Shown here: positions 8,452 through 18,650 of the stretch, in pieces
Numbering within the stretch: the stretch's first letter is position 1
How the letters are laid out: every line of letters starts with the position of its first letter
Source of the DNA: a virus
Direction: 5' to 3' (one strand)
DNA length: 64,000 nucleotides
Virus record (IMG/VR): IMGVR_UViG_3300045988_162176
Span: 96,001 to 160,000 of that record
Made by a program: the position numbers and the translations under genes
The notes under the pieces: model-generated
Seen by the model: only the letters and a program-made list of their open reading frames with translations
What the model was told of the DNA's origin: nothing
The model's database searches: none

Positions 8452-9212
8452 AATTTATCCCTTAATTCTTCACGAGTAGGATATCTACCACAACACTTGT
8501 CACCCTCTGGACACCAAAGAAGATACTGACAATGAGGAACAAGTTCTTTAGCAAATACAGGATTAATCCCTGCAATTTGTCTCTTCATTTCAACAGCAAT
8601 CTTGCGGATGGGCTCTTGAGCGCGAGAGCATAAACGCTTGTGCATAAATGTAATCAAAGCTTCGGGAGTAAAGCCAATCGCTAAAGTAGTATTAGTAGCT
8701 CTGGGCAAAACAAAGTTTGCATCTTCTACTGCGGAATGAACATCAATGCCATTTTCAGTAAGAATATCACGAATAAGTCTACGAGTAGTATCAATATTAC
8801 TCATAAGATTTTGATACAAAGCCTTTGCCTTTTCATTATTCTCAATATTCTTAGGAATAATATAAGTAAAATTATTCTTATCAATATATCTGAATGAAGC
8901 AAGATTCTTAACAATCTCATCAGGACTTACACGAGGAATTGCTTCAATCAAATCCATATAAGCATACTTATCCTGATTGTCATAACGCACTCCAATTTCA
9001 GAACGCATCATTTGTTCCAAAGTACCTCTATCAGCTTCAATTTCAAACTTAATATATTCACAACGAGAACCGCTCATGTGACCTGAATTTTCACAATTTT
9101 TACCTACTCGTTCAGCATACTTCTTATCTGTGCCATAACATTCACAAGCAAATTCGCCATGGTTTTTGTATAAATCCTCTAATACAGTAGGATTCAAAAG
9201 GGTTACTTTCAT
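8436..9212 (-). CDS. ThyX-family (flavin-dependent thymidylate synthase-like) protein with a divergent active-site motif
   Basis: Overall ThyX layout (..SGHMSG.. , ..LPRATNTTL.. , ..RLCSRAQEPIRKIA..). The canonical RHRxxSxxxxSxR motif reads MRSEIGVRYDNQDKY here. Confidence 0.55.
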   Translation of the reverse strand: MKVTLLNPTVLEDLYKNHGEFACECYGTDKKYAERVGKNCENSGHMSGSRCEYIKFEIEADRGTLEQMMRSEIGVRYDNQDKYAYMDLIEAIPRVSPDEIVKNLASFRYIDKNNFTYIIPKNIENNEKAKALYQNLMSNIDTTRRLIRDILTENGIDVHSAVEDANFVLPRATNTTLAIGFTPEALITFMHKRLCSRAQEPIRKIAVEMKRQIAGINPVFAKELVPHCQYLLWCPEGDKCCGRYPTREELRDKLWTQE

Positions 9213-9831
9213 TACGCCTTTATTTCTCCCTTCTTATATTTCATCAAAAGATATTCAAAAGTTTGTGGAGTATAATTCATATAAGGCATCATACATCCAA
9301 CATTAATCATCTGTGCTCTATTTAAATATTCATTCCCATTGGAATTTTCTAATTTTTCTTTTGCCATTTTAGCAAAATCTTCTACTAAATCTTGTTCTTT
9401 GGTTATATGAGTATGCCCATGTAAATGGAAACAATTATCATAGCAAGACCCATAATAAGAAAGAATTGCAAAATGAGAAAGAATTACCCTATAAGGTTTA
9501 CCATCAACCGTCTCAGTTACTTCTTTGTAATGACAAATTTCAGCTAATTTTTTCTTGACTCCTGTAGAATATTGTTTACAGTCATGATTGCCTTGAATTA
9601 AATGAATATTGCCATGTAATTTATTTAAAATACGAATCCACTCATCTGACCCTGCTTTCCACAGAAAATCTCCAAGTACATATACATGGTCTGCATTTGA
9701 AACTTGTTTATTCCAACGGGAGATTAAATCAAGCTCCATTTCTTCTGTCGTATCATATGGGCGGTGGTCAAAATTAATGATGTTCGTTAAGTATGTCCAA
9801 AGTGTAAATCACTTATATAAAAATTGGACAT
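9212..9831 (-). CDS. calcineurin-like metallophosphoesterase, with its reading frame broken by an apparent -1 frameshift near 9788-9792
   Basis: ATG at 9829-9831 gives MSNFYISDLHFGHT, followed by TAA. The -1 frame continues LTNIINFDHRPYDTTEEM...VYVLGDF...GNHD...GHTH. Confidence 0.6.
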
Positions 9832-10119
9832 TTAAACATCACTCTCCCTTCCGTTTAAACACTCCAAACTATGACCAATAGAAGATTCTTGAAACCATCT
9901 TGTATCAACAACAGAAGGGTCTCCCAAAAACTCTACATAATTTTCTGTGACTTTAGTAATTACGCCAGCTAAAACATAGTCTTTATGAACAGGATTATAA
10001 CTAAGAATTGTCCAGTTTAACAAATTAGTCTGAGCATCTTCAATATTATCTTCTTTTCTATTAAATTTATATTTTAACCATTTAGTAGATTCTAAAGGTT
10101 GCCTCTTTGGAAGATTCAT
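9832..10119 (-). CDS. hypothetical protein (95 aa)
   Basis: ORF with ATGA coupling upstream. Its TAA is directly followed by the phosphoesterase ATG. Confidence 0.5.
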   Translation of the reverse strand: MNLPKRQPLESTKWLKYKFNRKEDNIEDAQTNLLNWTILSYNPVHKDYVLAGVITKVTENYVEFLGDPSVVDTRWFQESSIGHSLECLNGRESDV

Positions 10120-10385
10120 TTCTTTTCCTCTTCTTTCCAGAAAGGATAATTGTCTCTCTTATTACAAGACTTTTCATACTTGCAAGAAAGTTCACATCCA
10201 TAAACCATATAATGATTATTACAATGTTTACAAACAACTTGCCCATAAGGGTTGCTTAATTCTTCAAGCATTAATACAGCTTTCTTGCCATCTATCCCAT
10301 CAACACATTTTCTTTCATGTAAATAGCATTCATCTAAAGACTAAAATTCTTTGCCACACTTTTCACAACAATATTTAATTGTCAT
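10116..10385 (-). CDS. small C2H2-type zinc-finger protein (89 aa)
   Basis: MTIKYCCEKCGKEF[TAG]SLDECYLHERKC... is visible only when TAG 10341-10343 is read through. ATGA overlaps at both ends. Confidence 0.5.
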
Positions 10386-10813
10386 TTTCCATAAACCTCT
10401 TTCTTTTTATTTTCATAAAATTTATTCAATCCTACGAGGTCAGGAGCATTTGGACAAGTCTTTTCTCCCATAAATGTAGTAATCATATTAATAATTCTCT
10501 TATTTCTATGATTAAGAGGAGGAATAGAAGTGTCCTTAAAAGCAGAACAAATAAAACGAGAACAAATTTCAGGTCGTACTTCATAAATTTGGCACTTATT
10601 TTCCTTGTTCAAAAAAGGACAAATATCTTTAAAATCTTTATCTAAAGCAGTATTACGATTAATCATTTTTACTTCTGGATGCTGACCAAGATACTTTTTA
10701 ATCTTCTTTACTTCTGCATCACTTACACAAAGAATTGCAGAACAACAAGCTCCACATCCAGAACATTTACCATCAATAGTATGGTCTACTTTGTTAGCCA
10801 TCTGACTATTCAT
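10382..10813 (-). CDS. YkgJ-type CxxCxxCC cysteine-cluster (putative Fe-S/Zn) protein
   Basis: GKCSGCGACCS motif. ATG at 10811-10813 overlaps the NADAR TGA. Confidence 0.55.
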   Translation of the reverse strand: MNSQMANKVDHTIDGKCSGCGACCSAILCVSDAEVKKIKKYLGQHPEVKMINRNTALDKDFKDICPFLNKENKCQIYEVRPEICSRFICSAFKDTSIPPLNHRNKRIINMITTFMGEKTCPNAPDLVGLNKFYENKKKEVYGK

Positions 10814-11244
10814 TCCCAAATTCCTCCATCAAGTTCTTCTCTTACGCGCATAAGAATCTTTCCCAACTTATTTTCTCCAACACCATTACAAACTCCCCAT
10901 GTAGTATCATGCCACCAATTTCCCTCTTCAAGATAAGCGTCACCAGTATCAAGAAGAAGTTTGGCGAGATTTTTGTTCTGAGTAAACTTTGCACTAACAA
11001 TTTCATACATTGTTTGCTCTTTAATATCTTCCCAATCTTTACGCAACTTACAATTCCTACCAGCAAGTTTTGCTTGAGCTGGATTCATGGAAATATATTT
11101 TTTACGGTCTTCATCTCTAATTTCTTTTTGTGCTTGAAACGCTGCTTCTGAATTTTGATAGGTTAAACCATTATAACTTACAGGTGCATTATAAAAATTA
11201 GAGAGAAAAGCATAAGCATCAAAAAAATCTTTAATTGCTTCCAT
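10810..11244 (-). CDS. NADAR (YbiA/DUF1768) family protein
   Basis: FLSNFYNAPVSYNGLTYQNSEAAFQAQK signature and WG..NxLGxxLMxVR C-terminus. Confidence 0.75.
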   Translation of the reverse strand: MEAIKDFFDAYAFLSNFYNAPVSYNGLTYQNSEAAFQAQKEIRDEDRKKYISMNPAQAKLAGRNCKLRKDWEDIKEQTMYEIVSAKFTQNKNLAKLLLDTGDAYLEEGNWWHDTTWGVCNGVGENKLGKILMRVREELDGGIWE

Positions 11245-11245
11245 A

Positions 11246-13234
11246 TTATTTTCCAATCCTTTTCAAAAATTCTTCTTCGTTCATAATAGGAGTCCCTAAT
11301 TCAGCAGCTTTCTTAGCTTTAGATGAACCACTATTAGCTTCATTAGTCAAAAGATAATCAGTCTTTTTAGAAACAGAACCAGTTAACTTTCCACAATTAT
11401 CGGTAATAATCTTTTCAATCTCAGAACGTTTCATAGTATTAAAAGCACCTGTAACACAGAAAGTCTTACCATTGATAAACTCATTTGTTGCAATCTGTGC
11501 TGGCTTATCCCAAACCAAATTTAATTCAAAAATAAGATTTGCAAATAAAGCATCTTCACTATTCCACCAATTATGCAAAGCCTGAGACATTGTTTCACCA
11601 AAACCATCTAAAGTGGAGAAATCGAAATTGTCAAAATCAAGAGCTTCCTCAAAAGCCATCCAATCTCCGCTAAAATGCTTGCTGATTTCTTTTGCTGCTG
11701 TCTTTCCAATATTAGGGATACTTAAAGAAACAAGAAGATTCTCCAACTTAACATGGCGAGATTTCTCAATAGATTCAATCAGCTTATTATAAGATTTTTC
11801 GCCAAAACCATCCATCTCAACAATTTCGTCTTTATGTTTATCAAGATGATAAAGGTCCGCATACTTCTTAACATACCCAGCATCAATAAATCTCTTAAGA
11901 GTAGCTTCACTTAATCCATCAATATTCATAGCGGGTTTAGATACAAACTGGACAAACTTAGCCAAATTCTTCTCAGGACAATCAGGATTTTCACACCAAA
12001 GAGTCTCTGCACCAGATTCAGAAATTTTAGTTGTAGTAGGCTTTCCACAGCACGGACAAGTCTTTGGAATTTCAAAATCTGCATCCCCATCTTTGTTACA
12101 AAAAACAATCTGTGGAATAATCATGTTCATTTTTGCAACTTTGACAGTGCAATTCTTTCTTAAGCCAAGAGATTTAATAATACTAATATTATGAACAGAT
12201 GCACGGCTTACTTCTGTATTATCAAGAATAACAGATTCAAACACAGCCGTAGGAGTAATTACACCAGTCTTACCAACTGCCCATTCGATATCTCTAAGAA
12301 TAGTTCCAGCAGTTTCATCTTCATACTTAAAAGCCAAGCTCTTACGAAAGTGATGACCTGTATTACCAAGGCTTAAACCATAAGCAATATCATCATAAGT
12401 AATAACACAGCCATCAACAGGAATACCCTTTTTATCGGCGACTTGCTTTAACTTAACAGTTAAGTCTTCAATTCCATAAAGGTCAACATTATCGCCATTG
12501 AAGTAATCACAAGGGACAATAGTAAAACCCAAAGACTGAAGCTTATTCATATCTTTTCTAAAACTACCCGTAGTTCCCTCAATCAAACTCCAAACCCAAA
12601 ATTGAAGACCTCTTTGAGACGTAATTTTATTGTCCAAAAGAGAAAGACTACCACTTGCAAGGTTGCGCTGAGTAGCATATTGCTCTCCATCAGGAAGTTC
12701 TGCATTAATTCGTTCAAAATCGTCTCTAAGAATAATACATTCACCATCAATAACAAGGGTTTCTTTGCTATCAATAGTTAAAGGAAGATTCTTCATAACC
12801 TTGGCATTATTAAGAACATCTGTTCCTTCAACACCATTACCACGAGTCTCAGCAGAAACCAACTTACCATTTTCATATCTGACAGACATAGTAAGGCCAT
12901 CTAACTTCATAGATAAAGCTACTTCTTTATTTTCTGCAAAATTAAGCAAATCTTGACAACTTTTTGTTTTGTCAAGCGAAAGCATTAAATGGTCATGTTT
13001 AACTTTCTTAAGTGAATCAACAGTTTCATAACCAACTGTCTGAGTAGGAGAGTTTGAAAGAACAAAATTTTCTTCTGTCTCTAACTCTCGCAATTCATCA
13101 AATAGCTTATCATATTCTGCATCAGAAACAAGAGATTCACTATAATTATAATACTTGTCTCGATACTTATTTAACAGACTTGTTAATTCTTTGATACGTG
13201 CAATATTTTCGTAATTATTCATATTAATCTCCAT
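11246..13234 (-). CDS. ligA: NAD+-dependent DNA ligase
   Basis: 662-aa uninterrupted ORF. Adenylation motif KLDGL, Cys4 zinc finger CPCCG..C.NPDC, HhH region and C-terminal BRCT. Confidence 0.95.
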   Translation of the reverse strand: MEINMNNYENIARIKELTSLLNKYRDKYYNYSESLVSDAEYDKLFDELRELETEENFVLSNSPTQTVGYETVDSLKKVKHDHLMLSLDKTKSCQDLLNFAENKEVALSMKLDGLTMSVRYENGKLVSAETRGNGVEGTDVLNNAKVMKNLPLTIDSKETLVIDGECIILRDDFERINAELPDGEQYATQRNLASGSLSLLDNKITSQRGLQFWVWSLIEGTTGSFRKDMNKLQSLGFTIVPCDYFNGDNVDLYGIEDLTVKLKQVADKKGIPVDGCVITYDDIAYGLSLGNTGHHFRKSLAFKYEDETAGTILRDIEWAVGKTGVITPTAVFESVILDNTEVSRASVHNISIIKSLGLRKNCTVKVAKMNMIIPQIVFCNKDGDADFEIPKTCPCCGKPTTTKISESGAETLWCENPDCPEKNLAKFVQFVSKPAMNIDGLSEATLKRFIDAGYVKKYADLYHLDKHKDEIVEMDGFGEKSYNKLIESIEKSRHVKLENLLVSLSIPNIGKTAAKEISKHFSGDWMAFEEALDFDNFDFSTLDGFGETMSQALHNWWNSEDALFANLIFELNLVWDKPAQIATNEFINGKTFCVTGAFNTMKRSEIEKIITDNCGKLTGSVSKKTDYLLTNEANSGSSKAKKAAELGTPIMNEEEFLKRIGK

Positions 13235-13311
13235 TACTTATCAATTGTGCTCATAATAAGCAAAGACAAAACAACCCAAACAACTAAAATACCAATTACT
13301 GCATAACTCAT
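13234..13311 (-). CDS. 25-aa hydrophobic peptide (MSYAVIGILVVWVVLSLLIMSTIDK)
   Basis: ATGA overlap with the upstream gene and TAATG overlap with ligA. It has a single predicted TM helix. The ORF is very short, so the call is tentative. Confidence 0.3.
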   Translation of the reverse strand: MSYAVIGILVVWVVLSLLIMSTIDK

Positions 13312-14126
13312 AATTTAGTCTCACTTTCTAAAAGTTCTTTCTTTAAAGAATGTGCAATCATTGTTCTTTGTACGTTTCTTAAAACTTCTGCAACAGTTTC
13401 ATCTGTTTCAAAGTGCTTATCCATTACATATTCATCTACCAAAACTTCTGCTTCTGTAATTAAAGATTCAGCCACCCTTTTAGCATCTTCAATAGGAAGT
13501 GGAGTAGTTTTGTAGCTAATTAACAACTCAGGGTCTTTAGGAATTAAAATCTTTTCATAAGGTTCGTCTTCTGCTACATATCTTTTGATAAAATCTGATA
13601 GCCTTGCAATATGATGGAAATCTTTCAATCCATATCCATAATTGTCAATGTCAAACTCATTATGAGGGGCTCTATGAAACATCTGTTTATACTTAGTCTT
13701 CATATTACCATACATTGTCAGCACAGCTTTGTGAGGACAATAATGGGCAATAGCCTCTCTGTTTTTAATAATAGCTCCAAGCCACATGCCAGCGTATTCT
13801 GGATTTAGCTCAAAATATTTAGTAAACAATGTTTCTGTGAAATTAATATTTTGTTTTAAATAACTGTTGAACATTAAACGAATATCTTTGACTTCAAGCT
13901 TTCCTCCATCTTCATCTCGATGATATTCTTTACTAACCCAATCTTTAGAATCAACGATGTCATCAAAATGAGGAAGTACAATTGCTTTTGTATCAACGTC
14001 AGAATGTTCGGTAGCCATACCATAATTATTACTACCGTAAACAAACACTCCAACAATATTATATCCAAGTTCTTTCAAAAATTCATAATCAGAATGAACT
14101 CTATTATTAACCTTTTCCAAATTCAT
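13308..14126 (-). CDS. Pol-beta-superfamily nucleotidyltransferase
   Basis: VYGSNNYGMATEHSDVDTKAIV (GS..SDxD) motif. ATG with RBS AAGAAAGG. Confidence 0.6.
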   Translation of the reverse strand: MNLEKVNNRVHSDYEFLKELGYNIVGVFVYGSNNYGMATEHSDVDTKAIVLPHFDDIVDSKDWVSKEYHRDEDGGKLEVKDIRLMFNSYLKQNINFTETLFTKYFELNPEYAGMWLGAIIKNREAIAHYCPHKAVLTMYGNMKTKYKQMFHRAPHNEFDIDNYGYGLKDFHHIARLSDFIKRYVAEDEPYEKILIPKDPELLISYKTTPLPIEDAKRVAESLITEAEVLVDEYVMDKHFETDETVAEVLRNVQRTMIAHSLKKELLESETKL

Positions 14127-14193
14127 AGTTTACCTTTCTTAATGTAAATAAGTAACAATATACAAATATATTTATCTATTCTTACTTAATGAC

Positions 14194-14222
14194 ATTATAA
14201 CAGACTGATTCTATCTTGTCAA
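14194..14222 (-). promoter_or_regulatory. consensus sigma-70/sigma-A promoter
   Basis: Minus strand: TTGACA (14222-14217), 17 nt, TATAAT (14199-14194). Confidence 0.7.
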
Positions 14223-14244
14223 GAAGTTATAATGAAAAAGTTGA

Positions 14245-14263
14245 AAGGGGTATAATACCCCTT
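14245..14263 (-). terminator. stem-loop (AAGGGGTA-TAA-TACCCCTT) at the end of the nrd operon
   Basis: 8-bp GC-rich stem overlapping the TAA of 14262..14471, followed on the minus strand by TCAACTTTTTC. Confidence 0.5.
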
Positions 14264-14471
14264 AATCAACTTCTATCTTTTTGTACTTCCCACAATTACA
14301 TTCCCCAGCATAATTTTGCTCTCTAAAAGATTTACAAATACAAACCATATCGTCAGTTTGAGTCAGCCCACATGGACAATATTGTTTTCCATATTTCTCT
14401 TTCATTTCTGCAAGTTGGCGATTTGTTTCATCTACTAAGTCTTTATCATCGTTTAATACAATTTTTAACAT
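14262..14471 (-). CDS. small Cys-rich protein (CPC..CxC..CxC pattern)
   Basis: 69-aa ORF translationally coupled (TAATG) to the nrdG-like gene. The cysteine spacing is reminiscent of ferredoxin-thioredoxin-reductase catalytic chains. Confidence 0.4.
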   Translation of the reverse strand: MLKIVLNDDKDLVDETNRQLAEMKEKYGKQYCPCGLTQTDDMVCICKSFREQNYAGECNCGKYKKIEVD

Positions 14472-14965
14472 TAAGATATCCTCTCTGCATATTGATTATC
14501 AGAAGCCAAAATAATTTTAAGAGTTTCATCAAAATGACTGATAGAATTTGGTTTATATCTACCATATTTTAAAATTACATTGGGATACTTTTTTAATTTC
14601 TTAATTTCTTTTTCTATTTCTTCTTTATAATACCCCGTATAAATTATAAAGTCATCATTACAATTTTGTTTTCTAAAATAATCCAGCAAAGACAAAACTT
14701 CTTCAAATTGCAACATAGGTTCTAAGCCTCCTATTACAACTGCCTTTGTAATTTCATTATCTATATAAGCTTTGTAAATAGAAGAAATTAAAAATTCTTT
14801 CGTTGCTTGTCTTACCACAGGTTCATTTTGGCATACTGTAATTGGAATATTAGCTTCATGACAACATTTCCAATCACATTTACAAGTGATAAGGAAGAGA
14901 GAGGGCTTTGCATAATTAACAAAGTCCTCCATGACAACACCTTTGAGATGAATCTTCTCTTCCAT
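14471..14965 (-). CDS. nrdG: anaerobic ribonucleotide reductase activase-like radical-SAM protein
   Basis: Lies immediately downstream of nrdD. About 160 aa with an N-terminal Cys cluster (LITCKCDWKCCHE). Confidence 0.6.
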   Translation of the reverse strand: MEEKIHLKGVVMEDFVNYAKPSLFLITCKCDWKCCHEANIPITVCQNEPVVRQATKEFLISSIYKAYIDNEITKAVVIGGLEPMLQFEEVLSLLDYFRKQNCNDDFIIYTGYYKEEIEKEIKKLKKYPNVILKYGRYKPNSISHFDETLKIILASDNQYAERIS

Positions 14966-14969
14966 AAAT

Positions 14970-16898
14970 TTATCCTTTCATAATAGAATCTGCATCTAAA
15001 ACATTATACCAACGTCTTAAATTAAATTCCTTTTTCCTAATTTTTTGATAACTACTTACAGGAGTATAAAAACCTACTACTCTTGCATATTGGTCAGCCA
15101 CAGGTTTTCCACAAATAGGACAGGTTTGAGTTCCAATAAAAGAATGTTTATCTTCACAAACATTAATCTTAGTCGTAAAAGCGAAATAAATTACACCTTT
15201 AGAAGCAACATAATTAAGCATGTCCCATGCACTTTCTTTGGTAGCAAAACGATTTTCAATGTCAATATGAGCAATACATCCGCCGCCGCATTTTTCATCA
15301 AGTACACTACCTAAACGACACTTCTCTTTAATAGTGCATTGTTCAGTTAATGGAATCCATTGATTTGAGTAAATAAAATATTTATCTTGCTCAAACAAAA
15401 GATTATCTGCGGTACAAATTACACCAGCGCAATTTTCCCGTGGAATAGATTCAACATTAAAAGAAAAATCACATTCAAAACTATCTTTTACCTCATTGAT
15501 AGTATCAAGAATCTGGCAAGCAAATTCTAATCCTTCTTCTGTATAATATTTATTACCAAACTCATCAGTATTAATTAAACCAAAAGAATCAATAACCTCA
15601 TACATTCCAAGAATACCAATAGTACAATATTGCTTGTCAAGTTCAACCGCCCCTTCTTGATAATTAGGAAGCAGACCTTTTTCTATATTGCGCTCTAAAA
15701 TATGACGCATACTAGTTAATGCCTTGCAATCCAAAAGAACACGGTCTTTAAGAAGTTCAATATATTTCTTTTTATTAAATTTGGTCTCATATGCAATACG
15801 CATAAGATTAATTGTACTTACACGACAAGAACCAACAGACAATGCTGTACCACCAATAGAATTAACAAAAGCATCAAGCTTTTGAGTATCTGAAAGCAAA
15901 CGACAGCAGTTTGAAAGAACCCCAACATTATCAGACACGAAAAAATTAGAATCAGACCATTTAATATTATGATAACAAGCCCATCGAGCAGTTTCTTCAT
16001 CTTCAAATTTACCATCTTTATAGAGAAGAGAATAAGTTAAAACGGGGAAAGTAAACATATTTTCACTGCGAATATCACTTACCACATCCATAAACAAACG
16101 CTGGCACTTCATAATTTCTTCAATTTGGTCGATAGCGAAAGACCCGTCTGGAAATTCCAATCCACCAAACAAAGATTCAAGATAAGGACGGTCAAAAATA
16201 CTTACATTTGTAAAAGCACACTGGTCAATTCTAAGGAATGGCTGATTTAATCTGTAAACGAATTTCTGAAAATATTGTCTTAAATAAGTCTCTGGGTCTT
16301 TAAAGTAATGCCCATTCTTTATATCCATTTTCCAGAAATAATAAGCCCAAATAATTACATTTGGGAGGCCAACGGCCCGAGACTAACGGTTACTGAGGAA
16401 TGAAACAAACTCAATAACATCATCAAAATATGTATCCAAGTGCTTAGGAGGCTGGTTGTTATACCCTCCAAGGAAAAACAATCCTTCTCTTGCCAAACGA
16501 GTTAAATCATTCGCCCAGCAATAAGGAAAATAACTTGCAGTGGCAGAATCGTTAAGATAAAATCCTTTGCTAAACTCCTATTCTAACCAAGCCTTAGCGG
16601 TACGAAGCCCCCATTTTTTCTTAATTTCAAGGAAAATTTTATTTAAACCAAAAAGCTTATCTTCGCTTTTCCCTTTTTCAGTCATAAAAGAACGAATATC
16701 TCTATGACTAGCATTTGCATTAGGGTCGATGGTAGCATCTGCCATTGTGCTTTGATTTACGAATTTATCTAAGAATTCTGAAAAATCTAACTAGCTAGAA
16801 TGAACCCCATTAATATATTCAAAATCTTCACCATATTTCTTTTTTAAGTCTTCAAGACATCTTTCAAAATCTTTTGTTAAACGAAGTGAAATGTCCAT
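14970..16898 (-). CDS. nrdD: anaerobic (class III) ribonucleoside-triphosphate reductase
   Basis: The C-terminal Zn site CPICGKP and glycyl-radical motif ARVVGFYTPV are present. The N-terminal 190 codons join only if three in-frame TAGs (16791-16793, 16578-16580, 16383-16385) are read as sense. ATG at 16896-16898 with RBS GGGAGGAAAA. Confidence 0.9.
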
Positions 16899-16916
16899 AT
16901 AAAATTTTCCTCCCTT

Positions 16917-17120
16917 TTAATTATTATTAATCCATTGATTTGCTTCATTGAAAGCCATAATTTCTCCATCAACTTCAAGTAATGGAGCAGAAGCAAAACC
17001 CTTTTTAATCATTTCCTTTACATCGAAATCAGTTCTGGCTTCAAATTCAATTCCCTTTTGCTTAAGTTTCTTTTCCAAAACAATACAGCGAGGGCAATTA
17101 GTGGTATACAAAACAACCAT
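16917..17120 (-). CDS. nrdH: glutaredoxin-like protein (NrdH type)
   Basis: MVVLYTTNCPRCIVLEKKL CxxC motif. 67 aa, directly upstream of nrdD. Confidence 0.7.
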   Translation of the reverse strand: MVVLYTTNCPRCIVLEKKLKQKGIEFEARTDFDVKEMIKKGFASAPLLEVDGEIMAFNEANQWINNN

Positions 17121-17143
17121 AACATCAATCTCCTTTTGTCCTT

Positions 17144-17686
17144 TTATGTAACATCTAAATTACCATCAGATAATTTAACTAACTAATTATATAATTTCAT
17201 ACATCCCCAAGTATCTGCATCTGCACTATGAGCATTTTCTAAAGTATAACCAAAATGTTCAAGCAAAGTTCCTAATTTATAATTAGCTACTTCTGTTTTT
17301 GGAATTAAACGTTTTGCATTTTCCAAAGTGCAACAAACAGCATGATTTGGAATTGGAATGTGATATCTTTTTAGTTCTGGATAGATTACTTTATTAGCAT
17401 CATATTTGGCATTATGAAAAATCCAAACACTGTCTGTCATATAATCTTTTATTTCTTCCCATACTTCATCAAAGGTGGGGCAATTTTTTATAGTATCATA
17501 GGTAATACCATTGACTTTAGATGCTCCACTTTCAATCTATGCCTATGGATTTACTAATATATATTTATCAGCAATTTTCTTGCCATTTTCATATACTAAA
17601 ATTGCAATACTAACAATTCTATTCTCTTTAAATCCAGTTGTTTCAGTATCACCTATAACGAGCTTATTATAATTAGGGAGAGCCAT
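17144..17686 (-). CDS. DnaQ-like DEDDh 3'-5' exonuclease
   Basis: Exo I GDTETTG, Exo II FHNAKYD, Exo III HSADADT. Requires read-through of TAGs at 17543-17545, 17537-17539 and 17183-17185. The true stop is TAA at 17144-17146. Confidence 0.75.
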
Positions 17687-17688
17687 AA

Positions 17689-18132
17689 TTACTCTCCCTC
17701 TACAGCTTTATCAGATTTCAGAGCATTTGCTCTCGCTGCTTCAATAGTGTTATTTTCATCCTTAATAGACAAAATTTTCTTCATCTTATTAAAAGCTTCT
17801 AAAATATATTTCAAAGAACCAGATAAACATACTCCCAAAGTTGCCACTGTTGAAATAACAGTGCTATATTCAGCAGGAATAGGAAGATTGTTTTTATTTG
17901 CCCAAGGAATAATTAAAGAGGTAGAAAGTACAAGTAGCATTGTACCACCAGCAAAAGCTAAAATTTTATAAAGGCTATTTATTAATCTTTGTTTTTCAAA
18001 AGTTTCTCCTGCGATTTTAATATTATAATATAAAGAGAAACTAACATTAGAAAGATATGCCATGCCAAAAATAGAAAATCCCACTAAAGCCGCTAAAAGA
18101 TTTTCCAAGGCTAATTTCCAAAAATCCTACAT
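17689..18132 (-). CDS. multi-pass membrane protein (holin-like size and topology; function unproven)
   Basis: ATG at 18130-18132 follows RBS AAGGAGAAAG. Codon 2 is TAG (18127-18129). There are three hydrophobic segments. Confidence 0.45.
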
Positions 18133-18150
18133 AACTTTCTCCTTTAAGTT

Positions 18151-18624
18151 TTAATTACCAGAACTTCCAAATCCACCAGCACCACGCTCAGTATCAGGAA
18201 GTTCTTCTACTTGTTCAAAAGTAGTGGGAAGCACAGGAAGAATCATAGCTTGAGCAATCCTATCCCCGTGTCTAATAATTTGTGTTTCAGTGCTATCATT
18301 ATGCAAAGCAACAATCCATTCACCACGATAGTCTGCATCAATCACGCCTACGCAATTTGCAGGACGAAGCCCCTGTTTAGTAGCCAAACCACTACGAGCA
18401 AAAACTGCACCCCAATATCCGACAGGAATTGCAGTTGCGATACCAGTCTTTACCTTTACAGTCTCATGAGGACGAATCTTGATTCCTGCAACATCTTTCT
18501 GAACATCCCAGCTATAATAAGTGTCATCTGGACAATCCGCATAAAGGTCAAAACAAGCATCAGTTTCATGCGCTTTAACAGGCATCTTAGCTGTCTTAGA
18601 CAGCAACTTAATCTTTACATCCAT
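18151..18624 (-). CDS. dut: dUTP diphosphatase
   Basis: GVIDADYRGEW and C-terminal RGAGGFGSSG motifs. ATG at 18622-18624 with RBS AAAGGA. Confidence 0.9.
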   Translation of the reverse strand: MDVKIKLLSKTAKMPVKAHETDACFDLYADCPDDTYYSWDVQKDVAGIKIRPHETVKVKTGIATAIPVGYWGAVFARSGLATKQGLRPANCVGVIDADYRGEWIVALHNDSTETQIIRHGDRIAQAMILPVLPTTFEQVEELPDTERGAGGFGSSGN

Positions 18625-18650
18625 ATTTGTCAATCCTTTTTTGTCTAATT

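Noticed and set aside
17689-18132. Calling the three-TM membrane protein a holin and its surroundings a lysis cassette.
   Set aside because: No endolysin, spanin or amidase gene is adjacent. The gene sits between an exonuclease and dUTPase in the early region. Only size and topology are holin-like, so it is reported as a membrane protein only.
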